Source of the DNA: Raja brachyura | Taxonomy: Eukaryota | Length of the DNA stretch: 64,000 nt | NCBI GenBank assembly: GCA_963514005.1 | Contig: OY740800.1 | Span: 29,202,001 to 29,266,000 of the forward strand | Direction: 5' to 3' | Part shown: positions 24,505 through 37,553 of the stretch, in pieces | Layout: each line of letters starts with the position of its first letter | Position numbering within the stretch: position 1 is the stretch's first letter | Notes under the pieces: model-generated | The model's input: the letters and a program-made list of their open reading frames with translations, nothing else | The model's database searches: none | Told to the model about the DNA's origin: nothing | Made by a program: the position numbers and the translations under genes

Positions 24505-26491
24505 CTTAAAAAATAAAAAAAACACTGTGTTAGCAAACTGCTGTCAGCAGGAGCATCAAAGCCATACCGGACTGCTTCCAGAGCGCCAAAGTGGAAGACT
24601 AGGCAATTAAACTCCACCATGTCTCTTACAGATCTCAACAGAAGATGATAGAGCTGGGATCACTTGCCGGTTCTGATCCTTTCAAATGGATTTTCGGGTT
24701 AGACTACGATAACCTGCGAACAAATCTGAAAACTCAAAGGTGTTCTTCAGGAGAGGACCAAAATATAAAATAAAGTATGCAGGAATGGATTAGAAGCTGA
24801 AAACCTCTCAGTGAGTCAGGTGGTAGCTTTTATAGAAGAACTGTTATCCTGGAGTAAATTTCAGAACACAAAGGACGTATGACGGGGAATGAGCAACCTG
24901 CAGTTATGGAACACAGAATTGGCACAGGAACATTTGGATACGCAGGACACAGAAAAGGGCCCTTCAGCCCACTGTGTATGCCAACCTTTTTGTCCATTTA
25001 TACCTTGTGTCCATATTGTGACCTTCTATGCCTTGCCTGTTTGTATTAATCTAAATGTTTCTTAAAGGAAGTGAGTGTATCTAATGCATCATCTTCTCTG
25101 TTAGTGTGTTCCTGGTACTAGCCACTCTCTATGTGGAAATCTTGCCCTTCAGATTTCCTTTTAAAACTCTTTAGTCATACAGTACATGAACAAGCCCCTT
25201 CAGAAAAAAACTTACCCATGCTGACCAAGATGACTCATCTTCACTACTCTCACTTGCCCACATTTGGCGCATATCTCTCTAAACATTTCCTAGTGATGTA
25301 CCTGTTCAAATGTATTTTAAATGTTGTTGTAGTACCTGCCACAACCATCTCCTCTGGCAACATTCCATATACACATCACACTCTATGAAAAAGTTGCCCC
25401 TCAGATTCCTATTAAATCTTAACTTGCATCTTAACCCTTTTCCCCTCATTTTTGATAGTCCAACTCCTGGGAAAAAGATTTGACTACTGATACTTCTCAA
25501 AATCTTATATACTTCTATCAAGTCAACCGTCAGCCTCCTTTGCCCAGGTAAAACAAGCCCAGCCGATACAATCTCCCCCCATAATAAAAGTCCTCAAATC
25601 CAGCCAACATCCTGGAGAATTTCCCCTGTACTCTCTCCAGTGCAGCCACATCTTTACTATTGTGTGGCAACAATTGCATGCAATACTCCAGTGTAATCTA
25701 ACCATTGTTGTGTTAAGTTGCAACATTACATCACAACATTAAATATTGTATATGTCCCGACCCATGAAGTCGAGCATGCCATATATCTTCTTCATCGTCC
25801 TATCGATCGCTGTTGTCATTTTCAGGAACCTATGGACCTGAATCGCAAGGTCCCTCTGTTCATCACATTCTTTAGTGCTTCATTATTTACTCGATACGCT
25901 CTACCCCTATTTGATCCTTAAAATACATCACCTTGCACTTGTCAGAATTAAATTCCATCTATCAATGCTCCGCCCAACCTTTCAACTTTTCCTTTCAGAA
26001 CTTATAAAGGCCATTTGGTGCTCTAGTGTGTTCCACATTCAATAAGATCATGGCTCATCTTTAACCAATTGCATATCCTCCTCATTATTGGCACCTTTAG
26101 ACATCAATCTTAGATTTGAAACTCGTATGTTGCAAAACATACTTGGCTAATAAAGTATTATTATGATTATGATAACCGATTCAATGTCAGTTACAATTTA
26201 TGGAAGGAAATTCCAAAATGTTAACCATTCCTTGAATTTAAACATATTTCTTAATTTCAACCCTAAAAGCCATGGCTCAATTTTATATCATATTCAGTGG
26301 AAATGTTTTTGCCCCTGGCTTGCCTTTACCATCTTGAAAAATGTAACAGGTCATCCCCTGACTATGTAAATTCCAGATAATACAATCCAAGTTTGTGCAA
26401 TCTCATAAAGGTGATAGTGTCCAGGCATCATGCTGGCAAATCTACATTCCTCTTCCTCTAAGGAAAATCCCAATCACCTTTATGATTATTT

Positions 26492-26643
26492 AAAACTCCC
26501 GGAAGCGATGGCTTACCGGCCGAGTTGTATTCGGCTCTGTGGGACTGGATGGGCCCGGACCTGCTAGAAGTGTACAACGACATGCTTCTAGCTGGTAGCA
26601 TGTCAGACTCCATGAGGAAGGGCAACATCACCCTAATCTACAA
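26492..26643 (+). mobile_element. Isolated internal fragment of an L1/Tx1-type reverse transcriptase
   Basis: Open frame KTPGSDGLPAELYSALWDWMGPDLLEVYNDMLLAGSMSDSMRKGNITLIY, containing the PG.DG..E motif that precedes the non-LTR RT core. Confidence 0.8.
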
Positions 26644-27690
26644 TTTGACAACTGATGAAAGTTTATTTTTATGATTCTTCCTATTCATTTCATCAGTTTT
26701 TGTCCTCTGCCATTCCTCCCAGTCATTACTATCTGTGCTTATTGTTTGTATTTTGTATGGTTTCCTTTTACTTTTATGTTGTGTCCCACTTTTTTTAATT
26801 GCCGATATTCATGGTATCGGTCGATGGTAAAATTGACTTTGCACGACTTTAAACTTTTTATCGACTCTTCTTGCAATTTTTTCTGTCACTTTACTCTTTC
26901 AATATTTGTCCAATTTACTGTGGACAGTCTCACCAAAATCATGCTTAACTGGACCTACAGAAACCTAAAGTCCCACACCATCAAGTTCAGGAACTGTTAG
27001 TTTCCTTTTGCCATCATCCTACACGAGCAACAAACACTACTGACTACCTCTTACTCTACCATGGACTGACTTTCTAATTGTGTATTTTTGACTAATGTCT
27101 TGTTTATGGGAGTTTTTTTCCTTTTCACCATCTTGTAGAATTTATGTGTAATTTATGTTTTGGGTGTCTGCGTCTACATAGCTGTGATGATGCTGCAAAC
27201 AGGTTTTCATTGTACCTGTACTTCACTATACTTTTGCTTGTGACAATAAACTTGAATTACTTCATCCATTTCACTAGGTTTATTGCTCAACCATCTGTGC
27301 AATATCTGTTACTTTGGAATTTTTTCACCAGACAAGTTGATGCTCTCAGATCTGCCTTATACCCCCACAACTTAAGCTTTAATAGTTTCCTTGGTTCTGT
27401 TTTCTAGTTTAATCATTTAAAATTTCCCCTTTACTTATGTTACATAAATTACTGCACTTTATTGTTTCTTTTAAGTGGTAATAACACCATTTCCACCTAC
27501 AATTCTAACACCCCCTGTCATATTTATTATCTGTTGGGTTTCCGATTCTAACCGTGTTAAAATGCAAAAGTAATGATTCCTTCCAGTGCCAGTATCTGGA
27601 TGGCAAGGATTCCATTTGCCGCGGGTAAATGTTTTGGAGAAAGTGAGCCACTTATAGTGGGAGTGATAGAAATGCAAGCAAGTTGCCCAC

Positions 27691-27885
27691 CTTCACTTTC
27701 TTGCCTTCAATATCCATTGTTTTAACGATGAAGTCCACTCCAATGGTATTCTGCTGCTTCTCGAGGAAAACGCCAGATTTGAAACGATGAACCACACAGG
27801 TTTTGCCAATGTTGGAATCTCCAATAAGCACAATCTTAAAGAGATAGTCAAAAGCTTCATCTGCACCAGTCCCCGTTGTGGTCAT
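27691..27885 (-). CDS. RAB19: RAB19 first coding exon (Ras-related protein Rab-19)
   Basis: Acceptor ttgcag|t-ATG and donor |gtgggc. Translates [65 protein letters not shown]; QQNTIGVDF favours RAB19 over RAB43. The three exons join in frame (195+184+266 nt) to give 214 aa. Confidence 0.93.
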
Positions 27886-27972
27886 ACTGCAATTGAACAA
27901 TGTTATTGTATCAAGTTAGTAATATAACTTCCAGTGAAACCAGCGACTGATAACAATAACAGTTTACGATCT

Positions 27973-28475
27973 AGACACAAGGAACTGCAAATGCAGGTTT
28001 CTGATAAAACCTGCTGGAGTAACTCAGTGGATCAGGCAGTATCTCTGGAGAACATTGATATGTGACAAAGCCTCACAGGTAATAAGTTGACACAAACAAG
28101 GGAGGGGGGTTTGGAAGGCAGATGGTTGAAGAAATAGTTGCTATTCCAGGTGGGCCACGAGGAAGATGGAAGGGGAGAGAGGGATTTGCAGTTACTTAAA
28201 ATTGGAAAATTCATTGTTTTTAACGTTGGGTGGTAAGGTACCCGTGGGATATGAGGTGTTCGTCCAGTTTGCCTTATTCTAGCAATAGAGAGAAAGGTCA
28301 GTATGAGAAATGGAAAATAGTTAGCAACCAGGAGATCCAGTAAGCCTTGGCAGACCAAGCGCATATGTTCAGCGAAATAGTTGCCATGTCTACACTTAGT
28401 CTTGGCGATGTACAGAAGGCCACATCAGGAACACTGAATGCAGTTGATGAGGTTACAGGAGGTGCACATGAACCT
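27973..28475 (-). mobile_element. Penelope-like element fragment
   Basis: Degraded GIY-YIG region and pseudo-LTR resembling the copies at 15556, 36903 and 55057. Confidence 0.7.
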
Positions 28476-29339
28476 CTGATAAACATTGCTCACCCATCCT
28501 CAAATGGCCTAAGAGACCCATTCCTGAATGGCCCCGAGGTCTCACTGGGGATGTACCTTCTCGAACCCCTGTATTTAGGCTAATGACCAAGTAAAACGGG
28601 AAAAAGTTTGAGATAAAATAAGTTTCAATTTGCAGGCGCGGTATGGGATATTAAGGTGAAATTACACATGTAGGAGTGATCGTACAAGGATTAAAAAGTA
28701 CAGATCACTGGAGACTAAGACTCATAATCCTGGATGAAGAAAGTCAGCAAATCTGCATTAGTCTTGTAGAAGGAACATGTCATTCATTGCAAAACTGAAA
28801 GAAGTGCAAGTTCATTATTGTTTCACCAGAAAAGTGCTTTAGGTGCAAAATCTGAAGATTCACCTTCACTATCATTCATCCAGAACCCTTCAAGTTTCAA
28901 CATCGCCTGTCAAGAGAGTCATGATCAATGTTCCAATGTACCAACAGAACAGTGAAATACTTACTTGCTGCAGCTTTGCAGGCCTGTAAGCGTGGATAAT
29001 ATATAATAAACAAATATTCAATAAATATAGTGGCAGCTGAAAGAGCTGCTGCCTCACAGTGCTGGAGACCGGGTTCAATCCTGACTTTTGGGTGCTGTTG
29101 TGTAGAATTTGCATGTTCTCCGTGACCGCGTGGGATTCATCTTGGTATAATGGGTTTCTTCCACAAAGATGTGGAGGTTTGAAGGTTTAATTAGCCCACT
29201 TAAATTGCCCTAGTGCGACACAAGTGGATGAAGTAGTAGGATAACATAGAACTAGTGCAAACGGAAGATTGATGGTCAGCTTGGACTCAGTGGGCAGAAG
29301 TGCCTGGTTCCATGCTGTATCTCCCAAAGAAAAAAACAA

Positions 29340-32200
29340 TACTACTGCAAAAAAAAAGTTCTTAGTGCAGTCATAGACAATTGCTAGTTTATAGTTGAGG
29401 TTAGTGTGTGTGTGGTGTTCAAGAGTCTGATGGTTATTGGGAAATCACTATACTTGAAGCTGGTGGTCATGGTGTTCAGACTCCTATATGGACTCCAGAT
29501 TCCCAATGCTAGGAATGAAATGAGAGTATGGTCAAGGAGATGTTCGTCTTTGATGATACAGGCTGCCTTTTTGAAGCAGTATCTCTGGTTCAATAGTTCT
29601 CTGATGGATCCCTTTGGGGAGGTCAGTAGCCGTGATGGACTGGGCAGCATCTACCATTTTCTGTAATATCCTTCATTCCTGGGCAGCTGAGTTGCCGAAC
29701 CTGGCAGTGATGCAACCAGTCAATATGCACTTGACTGTAGACCTGTCAAAGTTCAAGAGTATTTGTCGACAAACAAAAATCTTTGCAACCTTCTAAGGAA
29801 GAAGCAGCATCGATGGGCTCTCTTTATGATTGCACTATTGTGCTGGATGCAGGACAGATCTTCAGAGATATCCACACCCAGGAGCTAGAAGTTGTTGACT
29901 TTCTCCACCAATATTTTGATGAAGACAACAGTGGATCCTCAACTTTCCCCTTCTAAAGTCAACAATCAGCTCCAGCTGACATTGGGAGCAAGAATGTTGG
30001 TCTGGCACCATTTAATCAGATTTCTGATCTCCCTCCTATAGTTTGATTTATCATAATCCATTATTCATCCAACAACAATGCTATTGTGGGCGAGCTTAAA
30101 GACAGCGTTCGAACTGTGTTTGGCCAATTAGTCATGGGTAAAGTGAGTCAAGCAGAGGACTAAGCATACAGCCCGGAGGTGCTCCTGTGCTGATGGTTAT
30201 CGAGGAAAAATGTTGTTGTCAATTTGTACAAATTGTGGTCTGTTGTTGAAGAAGTCAAGGATCTAGTTACATTGGTGTGAGCAGACATCTAGTTCCCCGA
30301 GTTTGATAACAAGTTTGTAGGGGATGATTGTGTTGAATGCCGAGCTATAGTCAATGAACAACACCCTGATGTACAGTGCATTTAGAAAGTATTCAGACCC
30401 CTTCACTTTTTCCACATTTTGTTACATTACAGCCTAATTTAAAATTGATTAAATTAACTTTTTTTTATCATCAATCTACACACAATACCCCAGAATGAAG
30501 AAGCGAAAACAGGTGTTTAGAAATTTTTGCAAAGTAATTAAAAATAAATAACTGAAATATCACTTTTACTTAAGTTGATTTTCCTTGAGATGTTTCTACA
30601 ACTTGATTGGAGTCCACCAGTGGTGATTTAAATTGATTAGACATAATTTGGAAAGGCACACACCTGTCTATATAAGGTCCCACAGTTGACAGTGCATGTC
30701 AGAGCAAAAACCAAGTCAAGAAGACGAAGGAATTGTCCGTAGACCTCCGAGACAGGATTGTGTCGAGACACCGATCTGGGGAAGGGTATAAAACAATTTC
30801 TGCTGCATTGCAGGTCCCAAAGAGCACAGTGGCCTCCGTCATTCTTAAATGGAAGAAATTTGGGCAAACTGGGCAATCGGGGGAGAAGGGCCTTGGTGAA
30901 CCCGATGGTCACTCTGGCAGAGCTCCAAAGTTCCTCTGTGGAGATGGGAGAATGTTCCAGAAGGACAACTATATCTGCAGCGCCACTAATCAGGCCTTTA
31001 TGGTAGAGTGGCCAGACGGAAGCCACTCCTCAGTAAAAGGCACATGGCAGCTCGCTTGGAGTTTGCCAAAAGGCATGAGAAACAAGATTCTCTAGTCTGA
31101 TAAATCCAAGATTAAACTCTTTGGCCTTAATGCCAAGCGTCATGTCAGGAGGAAACCAGGCACTGCTCATCCATACCTACGGTGAAGCATGGTGGTGGCA
31201 GCATCATGCTGTGGCGATGTTTTTCAGTGGCAGGAACTGGGAGACTAGTCAGGATCGAGGGAAAGATGAACGGAGCAAAGTACAGAGAGATCCTTGATGA
31301 AAACCTGCTTCAGAGTGTTCTGGATCTCAGACTGGGGCAGAGGTTCACTTTCCAACAGGACAACGACCCTAAGCACACAACCAAGGCAACGCAGGCTTCG
31401 TGACAAGTCTGTGAATGTCCTTGAGTGGCCCAGACAGACCCTAGACTTGAACCCAATCGAACATCTCTAGAGGGACCTGAAAATAGCTGTGCATCGATGC
31501 TCCCATCCAACCTGACAGAGCTTGAGGGGATCTGCAGAGAACAATGGGAGAACAATGGAACAAATACAGGTGTGCCAAGCTTGTAGCATCATACCCAAGA
31601 AGACTTGAGGCTGTAATCGCTGCCAAAGGTGCCTCAATAAAGTACTGAGTAAAGGGTCTGAATACTTATGTAAATGTGATGTTTCAGTTAATTATTTTTT
31701 AATTACTTTGCAAACATTTCTAAACACCTGTTTTCGCTTTTTATTATGGGGTATTGTGTGTAGATTGATGATTTAAAAAAAAATGAATTTAATCCATTTT
31801 AGAATAAGGCTGTATCATAACAAATTGTGGAAAAAGTGAAGGGGTCTGAATACTTTCTGAATGCACTGTATGTGTTCTGATTGTCCAAGTGGTCCAAAGC
31901 AGAGTCGAGAACCAGCATGTCAGAGCAAAATAATGATCTATCAGTAGATAAATTGTATTGGGTCCAGATCCTTGCTTAGATAGGAGTTCATATGCGTCAT
32001 AATCAATCTCTCAAAGCATTTCATCAGCATGGACGTTAGTGCCACAAGTCAGCAGTCATTGGGGCATGTGACCTTACTCTTCAATAACACCAGTATTATT
32101 GATGGCTTTTTAAAGCAAGTGGGAACTCGGATCCTAGTAATGAGAGGTTGAAGATGTCTGCAAAGGCTCCAGCCAATTGGTCTACGTGGGTTTTCATTTC
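29340..32200 (-). mobile_element. Rex1/Babar-type LINE interrupted by Tc1
   Basis: ORF 29384: KKAACIIKDEH...; ORF 32096: DQLAGAFADIFNLSLL. Sequence is collinear across the Tc1 TA site. Confidence 0.75.
30374..31868 (+). mobile_element. Tc1 DNA transposon with long TIRs and decayed transposase
   Basis: TA|cagtgcatttagaaagtattcagacccc...ggggtctgaatactttctgaatgcactg|TA. Motifs [42 protein letters not shown]. Confidence 0.93.
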
Positions 32201-32994
32201 ATCCCCAGGATATAAATACAGGAATTCCTCAAGCCCAGTTATCATCAGCTCCTTCATCAAGTGGCCTTCCTTCCAGAACTGGGTGATGCTTGCTGACAAT
32301 TGACGATGTTCAATTCCATTTGCAACTCCTCAAAGATGTAGTGCATGGCACATGCAGCAAGATGGGGCAAAAAAAATTCTGCCCTATTCCAATGCTGTTC
32401 CAAGGTATTTCAAATGATACCTAACTATTCCAGCACATCACAGCCTTCCCGTCTCAATACTGGGATTCACAATTTAAAATAAAGAAAAATGGGTATAGCA
32501 AAATCACTGAACTGACAAATGGCAATGAACATTTGTACCAGAAAAGTGATAGACAAAGTCCTTCTCCAACAAAAGCGAGTCTTAACAATGAAGAAACTCA
32601 GCAGGTCAGGTGGCATCTGTGAAGATAGAGGTAAAAAATCCCAGATACTCCAGATCCCAGTATCTGCAACCTCTTGTATTTACACTCTTTTGATGTTCAT
32701 TGTCACTACCTAGTCCTTTACTATCATCATCTTGGCAATCACCATTCACTAGAAACTCAATTGAACTAGCTACATGAATGCTGTGGCTAAAAGAACATGT
32801 CAGAGACTGGGTATCTTGTAGAGTCATACAAGGTGGTACCAGGTCCTTCGGCCCAACATCCCCAAACTGACCAATTTGCCCCATCTACACTAGTTCCACC
32901 TGTCTGTTTTTGGCCCATATCCCTCTATCATATAAATCTATCCTATGTACCTGTCTAAATGTTTTTTTTAACATTGTGGTAGTCCCTGGCTTAA

Positions 32995-33457
32995 CATAGA
33001 AACATAGAAAATAGGTGCAGGAGTAGGCCATTCGGCCCTTCGAGCCTGCACCGCCATTCAATGTGATCATGGCTGATCATCCAACTCAGTATCCCGTACC
33101 TGCCTTCTCTCCATACCCCCTGATCCCTTTAGCCACAAGTGCCACATCTAACGCCCTCTTAAATATAGCCAATGAACTGGCCTCAACTACCTTCTGTGGC
33201 AGAGAATTCCAGAAACTCACCACTCTCTGTGTAAAGAATGTTTTCCTCATTTCGGTCCTAAAGGAATTCCCCCTTATCCTTAGACTGTGACCCCTTGTTC
33301 TGGACTCCCCCAACATCGGGAACAATCTTCCAGCATCTAGCTTGTCCAACCCCTTAAGAATTTTGTAGGTTTCTATAAGATCCCCCCTCAATCTTCTAAA
33401 TTCCATCGAGTACAAACCGAGTCTATCCAATCTTTCCTCATATGAAAGTCCTGACAC
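32995..33457 (-). mobile_element. Young CR1 LINE 3' fragment nested in an older CR1
   Basis: Open ORF 33086-33457 (LSYEERLDRLGLYS...FFTQRVVSFWNSLPQK) and a (catagaaa)n tail. Confidence 0.9.
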
Positions 33458-35399
33458 CTCCTCCGGCAGCTAGTTCCATATACCTACCACCCTCTGTGAA
33501 AAAAAAGTTTCCCCTCAGGTTCCTATTAAATCTTTTTCCCCTCTCCTAAAACCTATGTCTTTTGGTTTTTGATTCACCTATTCTGGGTAAAAAACACTGC
33601 ATTTACCCGACCTAATCCTCTCACGATATTATGCACCTCTATAAGATCACCCCTCATCCTCCTGCACTCTGAGAAGTAAAGTCCTGCAGTGCACAATTTC
33701 TCCCTATAATTCAGGCCCTCGATTCCTGACAACATTCTCGTAAATCTTCTCTGCACCCTTTCCAGCTTGTAAATCTCATTTAAAGTTTCCCCCTCTTTCC
33801 TTAAATCTACATCCTCTAATATTTGACATTTACTTTCTGGAAAATGGGTTCTGACTGTCTACCCAATCTATGCCTTTTAAAACAGTTATAAACTTCTGTC
33901 AGGTTTTCCCTCAGTCTCCAATACTCCAGAAACAATATTCTAAATTTGTCCACACTCTCTTTATAGCTAATACTATCTAATCCAGGCAACATCCTGGTGA
34001 ACCACTTTTGCACCCTCCCCCAAGCCTCGACAGACTTCCTGTCGTGCAGTAACCAGAAATATTGTACAGACAATACTTTAAATTTAGCCTAATCAAACTT
34101 GTGTGCGGTAGATTTTTCCTTCTCTTTACTCCATGACGTGCTGGTAGTAGTGAGAGAGGGAAAACAGCCAGCAAGAAACAGACTAGTTTGCCTGACATTT
34201 CTAACTTGGACTGTATAGATGCTGGATATTGAATGTCAAGGAAAGGCATTCTGACTCTCCCTCAGAGATGATCAGTTATTGTGAGACATCGATGTTGTAA
34301 TTGGCCCAGGCCCCACTGTTATCCTGGATATACACAAATTGCTGGAGTAACTCAGCGGGACAGGCAGCATCTCTGTAAAGAAGGAATGGGTGACGTTTCA
34401 GGTTGAGACCCTTCTTCAGGCCGTTATCCTGTCTTGTTTTCAGTCGTAAATAGACTGCTTCATAATCTAAGTGGCAACTGAAATCAAACATTCCCAGTTT
34501 TGACCTTGTAATGGAGGAAAGGTCATTGATGAAGCAGCTGAAGATGGTCTAGAGTACAACATTATCCTAAACCTTTCACGGCACTGTCCTGGACCAAGTT
34601 ACTTGGCCTCCAACAATAATGCTACTTTCCTCGACACAGGTGATAACTCCAGCCTGTGAAAAATTTATCCTAATTTTCCACTGACCATTTTATTCATCAG
34701 CAGTGTTTAATCAAATAGGGTCCTATCTATTCTCTCACCTGGCCTCCCATAATAACTCTCCATGCACTCCGCAGATGTGCCGACAACCCAGGCTCTCTGC
34801 CAATATGATCACAATGAATAAACAAACGAGATAACAGCATCTATAGGAAACATTGGCTTCTGTACTAAAAAACGCTATCCCTTTCTCTTTCATTTCCCCG
34901 CAGAATTCCTTCTTTGCTTCAAAGCAATATTTAGAGAGCTGTGTAGCTCCCGAGAAGCAACTTGTTTACATTGTCAAGACTCGCTGGGGAGGCTATGGAC
35001 TCCCTCAGCTCTCTTATTGTTTCCTTCAGTAGATATGAAGTCCATTTTTTTTCCACATAGATCAGTTTTTTTCTTGAGCTTGACATTGAGGAAAAACACA
35101 AGCAAATATTATACAAATCCGGTCCCCTCCTGCTCTAACCCCATGCCCTCAATCCCAGCCTTCAAGAGGTTGTTTCCTTGCGGCGACGATGGGAGTGAAC
35201 GATAAAGTTGAAATCACAGCTCCCATTATTAAACATAAAGTAACTCGTGTGCTGGGATGCGAAGAGCGAACGCTCCCAGTCACAGCGGGTGGACATTTCA
35301 TGCTCTGCACTCAGTGAAAGGTGCGGGGTTAATGCACTCAGTCCATCGCCCTGATCGGGAAGCCGGCTTTGGCAAGATTATACTAAATAATACCAACAA

Positions 35400-35650
35400 A
35401 CATAAAGAGCGAAGCCGCCAGTGCCCCCCTCCCTTCCTGGAAGTGTAGATCACAGGGGGACTTACTTCGCACCATTTGCCAGCCCGCTTGCTCCGGTGTT
35501 TGCCGCCGCGACCCGCTCACCTTCCTGGCTGCAAACACCTTGCTCGCACCTGTCGCACCCGCTTCCTGGGTACGCGTGGGGGCCGCTGGGACTTGTAGTT
35601 CATCATGGGCTGAGCTTCTATCCCAGCGGAGAGGAGCATGCGCGCTTTAA
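35400..35650 (-). promoter_or_regulatory. Probable RAB19 promoter and non-coding first exon
   Basis: Non-repetitive CpG-rich patch with a ZNF143/THAP11-type ACTACAAGTCCCAG motif (35586-35599, minus), ETS-type GGAA motifs, and minus-strand donors aag|gtgagc (35521/35520) and gaa|gtaagt (35466/35465). The RAB19 ATG exon has an acceptor, so an upstream exon is expected. Confidence 0.6.
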
Positions 35651-35800
35651 CAAGACCAGATCTGACCTGGAGACACAGGAGACAATTCGGCCCATTGCGT
35701 TATGCCGGTTCACAGGGTAATCCCATATCCCCTACAATCTGTTCTCCTCATAGTCCCATCAACTTCTCCCACTCACCTACACAACTAGGGACAATATCTG

Positions 35801-36606
35801 TTAAAGAAGGAACTGCAGATGCTGGAGAATCGAGGGTTACACAAAAAGCTGGAGAAACTCAGCGGGTGCAGCAGCATCTAAAGAGCGAAGGAGATAGGCG
35901 ACGTTTCGGGTCGAGACCCTTCTTCAGACTGGTCAGGGATCAGGGAAACGAGAGATATAAACAGTGATGTGGAGAGATAAGGAACAATGAGTGAAAGATA
36001 TGCAAAAAAGTATTGGTGACAAAGGAAGCAGGCCATTGTAAGCTGTTTGTGGTGTGAAAATGAGAAGCTAGTGCGACTGGGGGGGGGGGGGGGGGAGATG
36101 GAGAAGGAATGTCAGGGCCAGAGGGCTGAGGGAGAGGTGGGGGGGAGGCAGTCTGGGTTAACAGAATTGAGAAAATTCAATGTTTAAGCCCAGAGGATGC
36201 ATAACAGGAACAGCACCTCATATTCCGCTTGGGGAGTCTGCATCCTCTGGGCTTAAACATTGAATTTTCTCAATTCTGTTAACCCAGTGCCTCCCCCCCA
36301 CCTCTCCCTCAGCCCTCTGGCCCTGACATTCCTTCTCCATCTCCCCCCCCCCCCCCCCCCCCAGTCGCACTAGCTTCTCATTTTCACACCACAAACAGCT
36401 TACAATGGCCTGCTTCCTTTGTCACCAATACTTTTTTGCATATCTTTCACTCATTGTTCCTTATCTCTCCACATCACTGTTTATATCTCTCGTTTCCCTG
36501 ATCCCTGACCAGTCTGAAGAAGGGTCTCGACCCGAAACGTCGCCTATCTCCTTCGCTCTTTAGATGCTGCTGCACCCGCTGAGTTTCTCCAGCTTTTTGT
36601 GTAACC
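35801..36606. mobile_element. Young Penelope-like insertion with inverted pseudo-LTRs (hairpin form)
   Basis: Arms 35833-36201 and 36239-36608 are near-perfect reverse complements, with a ~32-nt unpaired extension at 35801-35832. 16-bp TSD ctagggacaatatctg (35785-35800, 36607-36622). Confidence 0.88.
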
Positions 36607-36902
36607 CTAGGGACAATATCTGATCCCTCAATAAGCCCATCCATTGGGGATGCGAGAGGAAACTAGGGAGAACAGCACATGCACACATACAGCAGCCAAG
36701 ATCAGGATTGAACCCGGGTCTCTGGGGCTGTGAGGCAGGGGTTCTGCCAGCTGCACAACTGCCACCCGTTTGTGTTCAAATTGGAAAGAAAATGGTAAGA
36801 AATATGTTATGTGGTACGTGCAATTTCTGCCGGATTACTATGGTGTGGTTGTAAGCAATATAACTGAACCAGATCAAACAAGAAAACGTTCTTTTTTACA
36901 AC

Positions 36903-37553
36903 CCAGCGGTATTGATTTCTCTAACTTCAAGTAACCCTTGCATTCCCTCTCCCTCTGTCCCCCTTCCACCTTAGTTGTCATACTAGTTTCACTATCGTCC
37001 TGTTGAGTTTCACTGTCTGGTCACTGAGGGGTAACTACCCCTCAACCAACAATGGACCATTGGGGGCTCTGCCATTCCTTGATCATCGTTGCTTTTTGAA
37101 TATCTTTCATTCATTTGTTCTATTTACCTTGTACATCTCTAGTTTCCCCTGACTCTCAGTCTGACCAACGGTTTCAACCTTTTCAGGTGAGGCAGAGGTT
37201 CACTTGCACCTCCTCTAACCTCATCAACTGTATCCGCTGTTCCAGGTGCGGACTCCTACATATCAACGAGACCAAGCGCAGGCTCGATGATCATTTTATG
37301 GAACACCTCCACTCAGTCCGCCTAAACCTACCTGATCTCCCGGTTGCTCAAACTTTAACTTTCCCTCCCAATCCCATACTGACCTTTCTGTCCTGGGCCT
37401 CCTCCACTGTCAGAATGATGCCAGAGCAAATTGGAGGAGCTGCAGCTAATTTTCCCTTGGGCAGCTTACACCCCAGTGGTATGAATATTGACTTTTCTAA
37501 CTTCAAGTAACTCATGCTTTCCCTCTCTCTCCATCCCACCCCTTCCTAGTTCT
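36903..37553 (+). mobile_element. Penelope-like element (GIY-YIG end and pseudo-LTRs), resuming at 43725-44020
   Basis: ORF 37115-37510: FQVRQRFTCTSSNLINCIRCSRCGLLHINETKRRLDDHFMEHLHSV. The pseudo-LTR is split by the Gypsy insertion. Confidence 0.85.
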
